A stretch of DNA of 64,000 bases from Candidatus Eiseniibacteriota bacterium (GTDB lineage: Bacteria > Eisenbacteria > RBG-16-71-46 > CAIMUX01 > VGJL01), in NCBI GenBank assembly GCA_963792585.1, contig CAWBWI010000006.1, forward strand, positions 736,001 to 800,000, read 5' to 3'. Positions 1 to 9,393 of the stretch are shown here, piece after piece. Position numbers and translations under genes: made by a program. Positions within the stretch are counted from its first letter, which is position 1. The number at the start of each line of letters is the position of its first letter. The notes under the pieces are model-generated. The model was not told where the DNA came from. It made no database searches and saw nothing but the letters and a program-made list of their open reading frames with translations.

Positions 1-381
1 GATTCCAGCGCGACTGCACCGCTTCACCGGCGCCGCTCCATCCCGGCGAGCGGGTCACGCGGTAGAGGGAAGTCCCCGCAGGAGTCAGTTCCCCGGCGTC
101 GAATCTTCCGTCCCCGAACCCCTGGTGGGTTCCTGCCGCCGGCGTTCCCAGGAGGATATTCCTCGAGTGGCTTGGCCGGCAGATCGTTCAGCCAGGGCCA
201 GTGGGGACAGGACTCGTGGGATGCCCGAGATGTCTCGCCGTATGACTCGTGCCGATGGTGTATACTCGACGGTTATGTTTCTTCACCGCGCCGCGGCGGA
301 GAGTCAAACCAGGATCTCCGCATCTGCAACTTGCCCGGGGTTCGGGTCCTTCGGTTCAGCCGGAGAGAGAGGATCGGAACG

Positions 382-1101
382 ATGCGCGTTTCGACATTCC
401 TATATCTGCTGTTGGGTTGCTTGAGCGCGACCCTCGTCAAAGCCGACATCATCGACTTCGAGACCCTCCCGGGCGGCGCGCCGTCCGATGACCTCCCGAT
501 CAGCACCCAGTACTTGGCCGACTTCGGCGTCACCTTCGGACTCGACACCGACGGCGACGGCTTCGCCGATCCGGGCGTCTACCCGATCATGGAAGCGCAG
601 GGGGCGGACGGCACAGATGGTTTCAACAACGATACGCTGGGGCTCCGGGATACAGCCGCACCCGGGTTCGAGGGCGACCTTGGCCTATTCTTCCTCCGCG
701 GAACGGCTCCCGTTCCCCCGATCGGACTCGTCGTTCTCTACGCGAACCCGGTCTCGGGGGCGACTGGGGACATATGGGACATCGACGGCAGCGGTTCGCA
801 GGGCAGCGAACAATGGTTGGTGGAGGGGATGGGACAGGACTACGTCGACTACGGCGACCTCAGCGACGTCGTCGCAACCGACCTGAGCCCCGAGGGAACG
901 GACTTGACGCTCGACGGGAAGCCCTGGACGTTCCTGCTCAATTCCGGTTCTCCGACCATCCACGCGATCCGGATCACCTTTGTCGGAACGAAGACCAGTG
1001 GAATCGGTCTTGCCTTCGATCGATTCTCTCCCTCGCTCGGTGATCCAACGCCGACCAAGCGAGCGTCCTGGGGGAGCATCAAGCGTCAATACCTGAACTA
1101 G
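382..1101 (+). CDS. Secreted acidic protein with C-terminal 'PTPTKRASWGSIKRQY' putative sorting tag
   Basis: ATG at 382 after a purine-rich GGAGAGAGAGG tract; signal peptide MRVSTFLYLLLGCLSATLVKA; DTDGDG Ca-binding-like motif; ends in SWGSIKRQYLN. Confidence 0.8.
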   Translation: MRVSTFLYLLLGCLSATLVKADIIDFETLPGGAPSDDLPISTQYLADFGVTFGLDTDGDGFADPGVYPIMEAQGADGTDGFNNDTLGLRDTAAPGFEGDLGLFFLRGTAPVPPIGLVVLYANPVSGATGDIWDIDGSGSQGSEQWLVEGMGQDYVDYGDLSDVVATDLSPEGTDLTLDGKPWTFLLNSGSPTIHAIRITFVGTKTSGIGLAFDRFSPSLGDPTPTKRASWGSIKRQYLN

Positions 1102-1237
1102 TTCGCCTACCCAGCCCCCAGCTTTCATGCAGCATGACGTCTGTCAGCCGGTCGTTTGCCCCCATCAACGCCTTCGTGGCGCACTTGCGGGAGGGAGAGG
1201 TCGGTCAAGATCGCGGCGCGTGAGATCCCGCTTGTAT

Positions 1238-1258
1238 ATACCTAGTACTGCAATGTAT
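1238..1258. promoter_or_regulatory. Putative PadR operator overlapping a sigma70-like promoter
   Basis: Imperfect AT-rich palindrome ATACCTAGTACTGCAATGTAT between TTGTAT (1232-1237) and TATGGT (1256-1261), 30 nt upstream of the PadR gene. Confidence 0.5.
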
Positions 1259-1288
1259 GGTCGCTCTATGTAAGGGAGGCGCGCCACG

Positions 1289-1642
1289 ATGGACATCGAC
1301 AAGGATCTCGTCGCTGCGTCCGCAACGCCGCTGGTGCTGTCCATCCTAACTGAAGGTGACAGCTATGGTTACGCCATAATCAAGCGCGTGGGCGAAGTGT
1401 CGGGCGGCGAGCTGCGCTGGACGGACGGCATGGTCTATCCGCTCCTCCACCGCCTGGAGCGCAAGGGTCTCATCGAAGCGCTGTGGGGTCAGTCGGAGTC
1501 CGGCAGGCGGCGCAAGTACTACCGCCTGACGCAGACGGGTGCCGAGTATCTCGCCCGCCAACGGCGTCAGTGGCAACTGGTCGATCTGGCGTTGCGAGGC
1601 GTCTGGCTCATGGTGGCCCACCCAGCTTCGCGACCGGCCTGA
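1289..1642 (+). CDS. PadR-family transcriptional regulator
   Basis: SYGYAI..., GMVYPLLHRLE, GRRRKYYRLTQTG winged-helix signature; RBS GGGAGG. Confidence 0.93.
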   Translation: MDIDKDLVAASATPLVLSILTEGDSYGYAIIKRVGEVSGGELRWTDGMVYPLLHRLERKGLIEALWGQSESGRRRKYYRLTQTGAEYLARQRRQWQLVDLALRGVWLMVAHPASRPA

Positions 1643-1665
1643 GCCTCAATGGGGGAGAAGAACGG

Positions 1666-3033
1666 GTGACGAACGAGGGGTTGCTGGAAGAACGCATCGG
1701 AGAATGGCGGGACTACTTCCGGAAACGGCAGGCGGTCCGCTCCGTTGATATCGAAGAACTCGAAGATCATCTCCGCAGCCAGGTTGAAGCTCTTCGCGAG
1801 GCCGGCCTGGACGAGGATGAAGCATTCCTCGTCGCGGTCAAGCGACTGGGCGACCTGGATTCGGTGTCGCGTGAGTTCGCGCACGAATACTCCGAGCGCC
1901 TCTGGAAGCAGCTCGTGGTCACGCGGGGTGCCGGCGCCTCATCGCTCACCGCACACAGGGACGCCGCCGTGGCCGTCGGATTGGCAATGGCTGCGGCCGC
2001 CGCGCTCAAGATTCCCGAGCTCTTCGGTTTGCATCTTTCGGGCGGCGGCGCCGACACTTCTTTCTACTTACGCAATATCACTCTCTTGGTCCTACCCTTC
2101 CTCGCCGCGTTCTTTGCCTTGAAGCGGGGCCTCCAGCGAAAGGCATGGTATCGGTTGGCCATTCCGTTCGTTGCAGCGGGTCTGATCATGAACCTACTGC
2201 CATTCAGGCCGGAGGGTCACACGGTGGTGCTGGCCGCGATCCACCTTCCCATCGCGTTGTGGTTGACCGTCGGGTTCGCGTATACCAGCGCTCGATGGCG
2301 TAGTCATGAGCATCGCATGAACTTCGTGCGGTTCTCAGGCGAGTGGTTTATCTACTACACGCTCATTGCGCTTGGGGGCGGCATACTGGTGCTCTTCACG
2401 CTCTTCATATTCAAAGCCATCGGCCTGAACGCCGAGCCGTTGGTCCAACGATGGATCATCCCGTGCGGCGCCGCGGGGGCGGTCCTTATCGGGGCGTGGC
2501 TGGTCGAATCCAAGCAGAGCGTCATCGAGAGCATGGCGCCGGTACTCACGCTGCTCTTCACGCCGCTCTTTGCAGTGCTGCTCCTCGCCTTCGTGGTGAC
2601 CATGATCTGGACGGGCAATGCGATCGACGTCGGACGGGAAGTGCTCATCGGATTCGACCTACTTCTCGTGCTCGTGCTGGGCCTGCTGCTCTACGCGATA
2701 TCGGCACGCGACTCGCTGGCCCCGCCGGGAAGGTTCGACAGGCTCCGCCTGTTGCTCGTGATGTGTGCACTCCTCGTCGATGTCATCGCCTTGTGGGCAA
2801 TGGCTGAACGTATCTCGGAATTCGGTTTCAGTCCGAACAAGACGGCGGCGCTTGGACTGAACCTGCTGCTACTCGTGAATCTCGGCTGGTCGGCTGTGCT
2901 CTACGCACGGTTCCTGGCGAAGCGCTCCCCGTTCGCGCGCCTCGAGCATTGGCAAACTGCGTATCTACCTGCGTACGCCGTCTGGGCGTGGATCGTGGTG
3001 GCGTTGTTCCCGATTGTCTTCGGCTACCGGTAG
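1666..3033 (+). CDS. Multi-TM membrane protein with N-terminal permease-prefix (HAAS-like) domain, PadR partner
   Basis: GTG start after GGGGGAG; ELEDHL...GLDEDEAFLVAVKRLGD motif followed by about 11 hydrophobic segments. Confidence 0.82.
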   Translation: MTNEGLLEERIGEWRDYFRKRQAVRSVDIEELEDHLRSQVEALREAGLDEDEAFLVAVKRLGDLDSVSREFAHEYSERLWKQLVVTRGAGASSLTAHRDAAVAVGLAMAAAAALKIPELFGLHLSGGGADTSFYLRNITLLVLPFLAAFFALKRGLQRKAWYRLAIPFVAAGLIMNLLPFRPEGHTVVLAAIHLPIALWLTVGFAYTSARWRSHEHRMNFVRFSGEWFIYYTLIALGGGILVLFTLFIFKAIGLNAEPLVQRWIIPCGAAGAVLIGAWLVESKQSVIESMAPVLTLLFTPLFAVLLLAFVVTMIWTGNAIDVGREVLIGFDLLLVLVLGLLLYAISARDSLAPPGRFDRLRLLLVMCALLVDVIALWAMAERISEFGFSPNKTAALGLNLLLLVNLGWSAVLYARFLAKRSPFARLEHWQTAYLPAYAVWAWIVVALFPIVFGYR

Positions 3034-3245
3034 GCCCCGAGACGCCCTGCGCTCGCGCGTCCGTCCGTTTGGAAGGCAAGGAAGCGGACTCAGTCCCGGC
3101 CGGCCCGCCGGGGCGATGAGTCTTCGCAGACCGTGGGTACTCTGGCCCTCTGGGACGACAAGCGCTACAATTGCTCCACGCTGTAAGCTGGAGCGGCCGG
3201 TGATCCCGACAAGACCCGCTTCCGCGTCGGCCGTGGAGGCAGTCC

Positions 3246-5321
3246 ATGTGCATCCCGAGCGCTCACTCATTCTGGTCCCGAGCCGCCGTGCTGCTCGTCT
3301 GGCTCATGATGCTCGCCGGTCCCTTGGCCGCCGGCTCCTCGCACCCGACGGACGCGCTCTCTATCGCAGATCCCGGTCCGCCTCGTCCGACAATGTCCAC
3401 CGGCCGGGATGCAGGGAATCCCGCCGCCGGGGACCCGTGGGGGTATCGCTGGAAGATCGAGCATGCCACCGAGTCGGTCATCTCAGGCGGTCCAGTTCCT
3501 CCGGCTCCCCCGGATCCCCCGACCGACTACGATGCCGAACACTACGCCATCCGCATCGACGTTCAGTTCGACACGCAGACGATCGCCGGAGAGGTGGATC
3601 TTCGTGCGCGCTCACTCGTGGCCCAGTTTACGCAGATGGAAGTCGATCTCCGCCAGAACATGGCGGTCGCTTCGGTCCGTCGCGGTTCGGTCCCTCTGGC
3701 CTTCACCCGATCGAACGATCGGATCCACATCAACTTGGACCGCGCGTTCACCCAGGGCGAGACGCTCACGGTCACGATCGCCTACTCCGGCTCCCCGCTC
3801 TCGGAGGGATTTGGCTGCTTCCGCTTCGCGACCCACGACGGGAGACCCGTGGCCTCGACATTGAGCGAACCGTGGTTCGCGAGGAACTGGTGGCCGTGCA
3901 AAGAGGACCCCGCCGACAAGGCGACGGCGGACCTGATGTTCACCGTGCCCGTCTCGATGACCGTGGTCTCGAACGGGACTCTGGTGTCGAATGTGGCGCA
4001 TGGTTCGACGCGGACCTTCCGCTGGCGAAGCGAGTATCCCATCGCCAGCTATCTCGTGTGCATGGCAGCGACCGACTATGTCCGGTTCGACGACACCTAC
4101 GTCGGGGCGCTGGGCGACTCCATGCCGGTCGAGTTCTACGCCTACCCGGAGGATGAGCAGACTTGCCGCGCCAGGTGGGAAGGAGAAGTCGAGAAACTCG
4201 AGTTCTTCCGCAGCGTATTCGGCGAGTATCCGTTCGTCGCGGACAAGTACGGCATCGTCGAGCAGATTCGCGGCGGGATCGAGCATCAGACCATCACGGG
4301 CTTGCCCCCGGACGGCCTTGGCGACTCGGTGCTCCTGTCGCACGAACTCTCCCATCAATGGTGGGGAGACATGGTGACCTGCGCGACGTGGCACGACATC
4401 TGGCTCAACGAAGGATTCGCCACCTACGCCTCGGGCTTGTGGCTAGAGCACGAGAGCTCCGGGGGCTATGCGGCATTCATGAACGACATCGAGGATGCGG
4501 CGCGCTCTGTCGGTCCCGTCTACCGGACCCGGATCGACACCCTCGAGGACATCTTCAATGCGGCCACCTACGAACGGGCCGCCTGGATCCTACACATGCT
4601 CCGCGGGGTCATGGGCGACTCGACGTTCTTCGGCGCGTTGCGGGACTATCGAGCCGCCTTCGAGTATGCGAGCGCGACGACGGCCGATTACCAGTCGGTC
4701 GTGGAAACGCGCGCGGGACGTAGCGTCTCGTGGTTCTTCGACGAGTGGATCTACGGCGCGGGTGAACCCGTGTACGAGTACTCCTGGCAAGCGGTCGCCC
4801 CCGATCGCGTTCTCGTGCACGTCGAGCAGGTTCAGGCCGGTCCGACCTTCCGCATGCCGATCCCGATCACTGTCAGCACGATGCTGGGATTCCAGCCGTT
4901 CGTCCTGGAAGATTCGCTTCGGTCGCAGACGTTTGACCTCCGGCCCGGCGGCGGTATCGCCGGCATGCAGTTCGATCCCCGGAACTGGATCCTGGAGACC
5001 CACCGCGAGGTTGCATTCCCAGCGGACGTGGAGAGTCCGAGCACGGCGAGCGTTGACGCCTTCCGGATCGAGATCGGCCCCTCCCCGACACGGGGAGAGA
5101 CACAGATCACCCTCGCGGTGTCCGCCGGCCCGGAGCGTCGCGTTCGGGTCGTGATGCATGACGTCACGGGACGGCTCTGCGCGGTCATCGCCGATCGTGT
5201 ATTCCCGGCGGGACGACACACGCTCGTCTGGAATCGCCCGCTCGCGAGAGGCGTCTACTTCGTCGACGCGTCGGGACCGACCGTCGGACGGGCGAGACCG
5301 GCCCGACTCGTCGTCGAGTAG
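3246..5321 (+). CDS. Secreted M1-family zinc aminopeptidase with C-terminal FlgD/T9SS-like domain
   Basis: GGIEHQT, HELSHQWWG...WLNEGFATY (HExxH-18-E), TYERAAWILHMLR; tail GPSPTRG...HDVTGR...RGVYFV. Confidence 0.93.
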   Translation: MCIPSAHSFWSRAAVLLVWLMMLAGPLAAGSSHPTDALSIADPGPPRPTMSTGRDAGNPAAGDPWGYRWKIEHATESVISGGPVPPAPPDPPTDYDAEHYAIRIDVQFDTQTIAGEVDLRARSLVAQFTQMEVDLRQNMAVASVRRGSVPLAFTRSNDRIHINLDRAFTQGETLTVTIAYSGSPLSEGFGCFRFATHDGRPVASTLSEPWFARNWWPCKEDPADKATADLMFTVPVSMTVVSNGTLVSNVAHGSTRTFRWRSEYPIASYLVCMAATDYVRFDDTYVGALGDSMPVEFYAYPEDEQTCRARWEGEVEKLEFFRSVFGEYPFVADKYGIVEQIRGGIEHQTITGLPPDGLGDSVLLSHELSHQWWGDMVTCATWHDIWLNEGFATYASGLWLEHESSGGYAAFMNDIEDAARSVGPVYRTRIDTLEDIFNAATYERAAWILHMLRGVMGDSTFFGALRDYRAAFEYASATTADYQSVVETRAGRSVSWFFDEWIYGAGEPVYEYSWQAVAPDRVLVHVEQVQAGPTFRMPIPITVSTMLGFQPFVLEDSLRSQTFDLRPGGGIAGMQFDPRNWILETHREVAFPADVESPSTASVDAFRIEIGPSPTRGETQITLAVSAGPERRVRVVMHDVTGRLCAVIADRVFPAGRHTLVWNRPLARGVYFVDASGPTVGRARPARLVVE

Positions 5322-5407
5322 GTGCTGTCGCTTCTACAAACTCCGTCCGTCGGTCGCTCGACCTCCAGTCGGCGGCTTCGTCGCGCCCCCCCGGACAAGA
5401 GGCCCTC

Positions 5408-6463
5408 TCATTGGATCCGGATCAATTTCCTCAGGCTCACTCCGTCGATCGTCCGCAGGCGTGCAAAGTAGACGCCGGTCTGGACGTGGCGTGTGTGGTC
5501 GTCGAGACCATCCCACGACCAGACATGGGCGCCGGGAAGCCTCGCGGCATCGATCCGCCCCCGTACACGCCGTCCCGCCGCATCAAGGATCTCCAGCCGC
5601 ACCTCCCCTTCCGCAGCGGCCGGCGTCAGCCGGAAGCTGATCTCGGTTGACGCGCGAAACGGGTTGGGCGCGGCCGATTCGATCCTCGAGAGCGCCGCGA
5701 TCCCGGGCAGTCCCGTGTCGACCGCGGAGACAACGCCGCTGAGCAGCGCCCCTTGGATGATCCGCTTATTGCCGGTGGTCTGCTGGAGGAATACAAGCGC
5801 CCGAATATTGTGGAGATTCCAGTCCGGACCCGTGGGAATCGAGATGTGGACCGTCTCGACGTCCCCCGGAAGCGTAAGCTCGATCGGTTCATAGACGATT
5901 CCGCGCGCCACGCGGGGGAAGATCTCATCCCACGCCGGGACGGAGTCCTCCACCACGACCATGGTCGCGTGGAGGTCCGTGAGAAGCGCCAGATCGACGA
6001 GTCGGAACGCGGCATCGATGTGAATCTCAAACGGATCGGCGATGAATCCGCCCGTGATCTCCACCGGACTCACGCCGCCCGTCTCGGCGAGGCGTTCCTC
6101 CACGAGGTCACGAAGCGCCACATAGGTCTGCGTACAGCTTCCGATGCCGACATGGACCCGGCTGCCGTCGACCCGCACGTATGGATACTCGCTCAACCCG
6201 TACCAGTTCGCTCGGACCTCGGCCTCGGGGAGATAGAGTGGGTCGAACCCTGCCCAGTGCTCATCAATCCAGAACAACCGATCTGTACCGTACTCAAGCT
6301 CGAGCAATTCCAACCCGCACCGGGTGTCGTAGCAGGGCGGTCAGCCGAAGTAGTCCGCGAAGTGCTCGATGACGAGGAGTTTTGGCACTTCCGCCGTCGC
6401 AGCACCGGCTATCAGGGAGACGACAAGAAGGGTCAGCAGGGAAGCCACTGCTCTGCGAAGCAT
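5408..6463 (-). CDS. Putative secreted selenoprotein: Omp28-like thioredoxin fold with UxxC motif plus C-terminal FlgD/T9SS-like domain (351 aa by TGA read-through)
   Basis: Signal peptide MLRRAVASLLTLLVVSLIAGAATA, then KLLVIEHFADYFG-TGA(6341-6343)-PPCYD in frame with the 5408..6313 ORF; downstream YGLSEYPYVRVDG, VVVED, LVFLQ match the Omp28-like pattern; tail PNPF...WDGLDD...GVYF. Confidence 0.85.
6310..6340 (-). promoter_or_regulatory. Candidate SECIS-like stem-loop immediately 3' of the in-frame UGA
   Basis: mRNA CCGCCCUGC-UACGACACCCGGU-GCGGGUUGG can pair 8 of 9 bases (including G-U); fit to the bacterial SECIS consensus not verified. Confidence 0.4.
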
Positions 6464-6840
6464 GGGGGCCCCTTTCTGCCGCTCGGCATGGTGGAGTTGC
6501 CTTGGTTTCGCGGCAGAAGGATGATAGCATGTCCGTCCCCGCATTGCCCGTGGAAGCGATGGGGGCCTGCGTCTCCCTGATATTGCGTCCGTATCGCGGC
6601 CGGGCTTGGCTGGATCCCGTTCATCGGCAGCCTGGCATCCCACGATCGGCTTCGTGGCATACATTCAGAAGGCACAGGTTTGGGATGGGACAATCAGACG
6701 GTTCCCATGGTTACTGCCGCCGGCGAAGCGTCCGACCTTCCTTGCCCCACCGTTTCGCATGAAACGAAGGGCGATCTTCTGTCAAAGCAGGGAGAAGATC
6801 GCCCCACGGAATCAGAGGCTTGACCTAGGGTCGTTCCACC

Positions 6841-8296
6841 TCATCTCGCGAGAACCACCCGCCCCTTCATCACCCTTCCGCCCATCTCGATCCGGGTCAT
6901 GTAGACCCCCGACGGCAACGCTCGCCCCGCTCCGTCGCGTCCGTTCCATCGGATCTCATGCGAACCGGAAGGCTGCGATTCCTGCATGAAGCGGCGGACC
7001 AGCGCACCTGACGGATCGAAAATCTCCAGCGCGACTGACGCCGCCAACGGGAGGTCATACCAAATGACAACCTGTCCCGCGCTGGGATTTGGACCCGCAG
7101 ACAGGAGCCTCGGGGCCACCCCGGTTGGATTCTCATCTTCTTCTGCTCCCGCATTGCCCGTCGCGCCGCGCTTGCAGTAAATCTCCCAGTTCTGATCGCG
7201 ATCGTCGTGCCAGACGACGTGCACGTAAGCCCCGGAAACCGCCACCGATGGTTCCCTCGATTCGGAGAGATTGTCGGTCAGTCTCGCCTCCGGCTCCCAG
7301 GTCGTGCCGCCATCCAGCGAATCCTTGTAGTAGATCTCGGATGTGTCGCCGTTGCGGTTGTCCGGCCAGACCGCATGCACATGTGAACCTGCGACTGCTA
7401 CTGACGGATACCATGAGGCAGAAGCTTCGGCGAGCTCCACCATCCGTTTCCCAGGTCATCCCATTGTCAATGGAACGCGTGTAGTAGATCTTGGGGTCCC
7501 CAAAGCGGAAATCCGCATACACGACATGGACGATGGCATCCGAAACCGCCACCGAGGCAAACTGCGACGGCGTCGACACGATGCTCCTGTCCGTCTCCCA
7601 AGTCACACCATCATCGAGTGATCGCGTGTAATAGATCTGAGGACCTCCCCGCGTGTCCATCCATGTCACATGCACGATCGTTCCAGAAACCGCGATCGAT
7701 GCGAGGTTCTTGCCTGCCGGCGGAGCGGCCGGCGTGATATTCCTCGCCGTTTCCCACGTCGTGCCGTTGTCCGTAGAACGCGTATAGTAGATTTGAGGCC
7801 CAGCGCTCATGTCGGTCCACGCGACATGAACGACCGCACCGCATACCGCCACCGAAGGATGATATCCCACACCCGCCGTGGGTGTGAGGCACACATCCGG
7901 TCCCCACGTCCGACCGTTGTCTAGCGATTGCTTGTAGAATATCCTAGGCGGTCCGATGCGACCGTCATACCATACCACGTGGATAACTGAATCACGAACC
8001 GCCACCGAGGGGCGTTCGGACCAGGACACATCCGCCGTGAGACGCGTATCCGCTCCCCACGTTGTCCCGCTGTCCGTGGAGCTCTTGTAATAAATCTCGG
8101 TGTTGCCATCGCGATCATCGTGCCACACAGCATGGATCGTAGCGCCCGCGGCCGCCACACACCTGGCATTGTTGAAAGAAGTCACGGAAGCATAGGAATT
8201 GTCCGTCAGCCGCACTTCCGGCTCCCATTGTGCAAATGCCGTGAGCGGTGCCAACACGCATATGGCCAACGGCAGCAGACAACTGGTCTTGCGCAT
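6841..8296 (-). CDS. Secreted 7-bladed BNR/Asp-box beta-propeller (sialidase-like fold) with FlgD/T9SS-like tail; +1 frameshift at 7440-7441
   Basis: Signal peptide MRKTSCLLPLAICVLAPLTAFA; seven SVAV..xHVVW.D...IYY repeats, six of them ending in the Asp-box SxDxGxTW; removing one G joins WETD to VELAEA in repeat register; tail PNP...WNGRDGAGRALPSGVY. Confidence 0.85.
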
Positions 8297-8916
8297 TTCT
8301 ACCTGCCTTTCGGTTTGTGTGCCAAGTGCCACATTGCTATCGGTGCCATTGCGCGTGGTCGAGACGGTATGCCCATCAGGAAGGTCTACAATTCGAAGAT
8401 CTGCTTGACCTTTGCGATCTCTATTCGACCATTTTCGCGTCTTGCGCATGATGTTTCCGCAAATGAATAGCAGACGAGCATTGGTGCTCCGGGATCGCAA
8501 CCCGGCACGATCGCGCATTCTCTGATCACCGCAGCCCGGCGACAATCCGCTCTAGAGAAGTCGCAAGGAATATAGGCCCGATAGGCCAGGGTTGTCCAAC
8601 TGCATCTTGGAATGAGAGGGATGCGTCAATCTAATGGGGCTTGATGCTCCAGTGCAGAGGATATCGGCGATTGGATCTGCCCTCAGTCGGGCGGCGCGAT
8701 CCCTCGCGGGACCGGACAGTCCTTCTCCAATCCGAGATGGTTGCGGTATCTGTGGTCGTACTCGAGATCGCCTCGGAGCGCGCGTCGGGGACAGGGTGAT
8801 CGGCCGGGACGTGATCGCCGTCCACCCGGCTCGTCCCGCACGTGAAATCATGTCGACGCTGCCAACGAACTTGCCCTACAGTGTTGCGCGTCGGATCTAG
8901 CCACAGGAGGAGGCCG

Positions 8917-9393
8917 ATGGAGGGTCGCCGAATCTCGAAGCCACTCAGGATCGTCCTGCTCGCCGCCGGTGCCCTGATCATCGTAGGCGTCACTCTCGGC
9001 ATCGTCTGGTGGAAGGAAATCAACAGGCTCTCCCCCGGGAGTCTCGCTGTGTTTGCCGCGGAGATTCAGGCTGCCCGCCGCGACAACATGATCAGCACGG
9101 CCGACATCGACCTGCTCGAGGAATTGCAGGCGATTGCAGCTTCAAAGGAATCGTCCCTATGCGGACGGAGTCTCAGCATCGTGGTTGGGTCGACTCCCTT
9201 GCTAAACGGTTCAATCTCGGATGGTGATCGTCGAGACATCGAGTTGGTGCGAGACTTCCTGCTGCCGAAGAACGGAAATCTGTCCGGAAGAGAATTTGCG
9301 GCATTCCTCCGTTCAAACCCACGGATCGGCGAGACGTATAGGGCGTATAGATCCACCGTTGAGCAGGCGATTGCCCGTCGGCGGCAGACCTAG
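8917..9393 (+). CDS. Hypothetical protein with N-terminal membrane anchor
   Basis: Strong RBS AGGAGGAGG; one hydrophobic helix IVLLAAGALIIVGVTLGIVWW; stop TAG lies inside the IS target duplication. Confidence 0.7.
   Translation: MEGRRISKPLRIVLLAAGALIIVGVTLGIVWWKEINRLSPGSLAVFAAEIQAARRDNMISTADIDLLEELQAIAASKESSLCGRSLSIVVGSTPLLNGSISDGDRRDIELVRDFLLPKNGNLSGREFAAFLRSNPRIGETYRAYRSTVEQAIARRRQT

Noticed and set aside
6825..6838. CTAGGGTCGTTCCA repeated exactly at 19672-19685, both copies intergenic next to FlgD-tail genes
   Set aside because: Only two copies of a 14-mer, which is plausible by chance in 64 kb; no paired inverted end or flanking similarity found
8297..8916. Short ORFs in the gap between the BNR gene and 8917
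   Set aside because: No RBS or recognisable motif; probably a divergent promoter region or degenerate sequence
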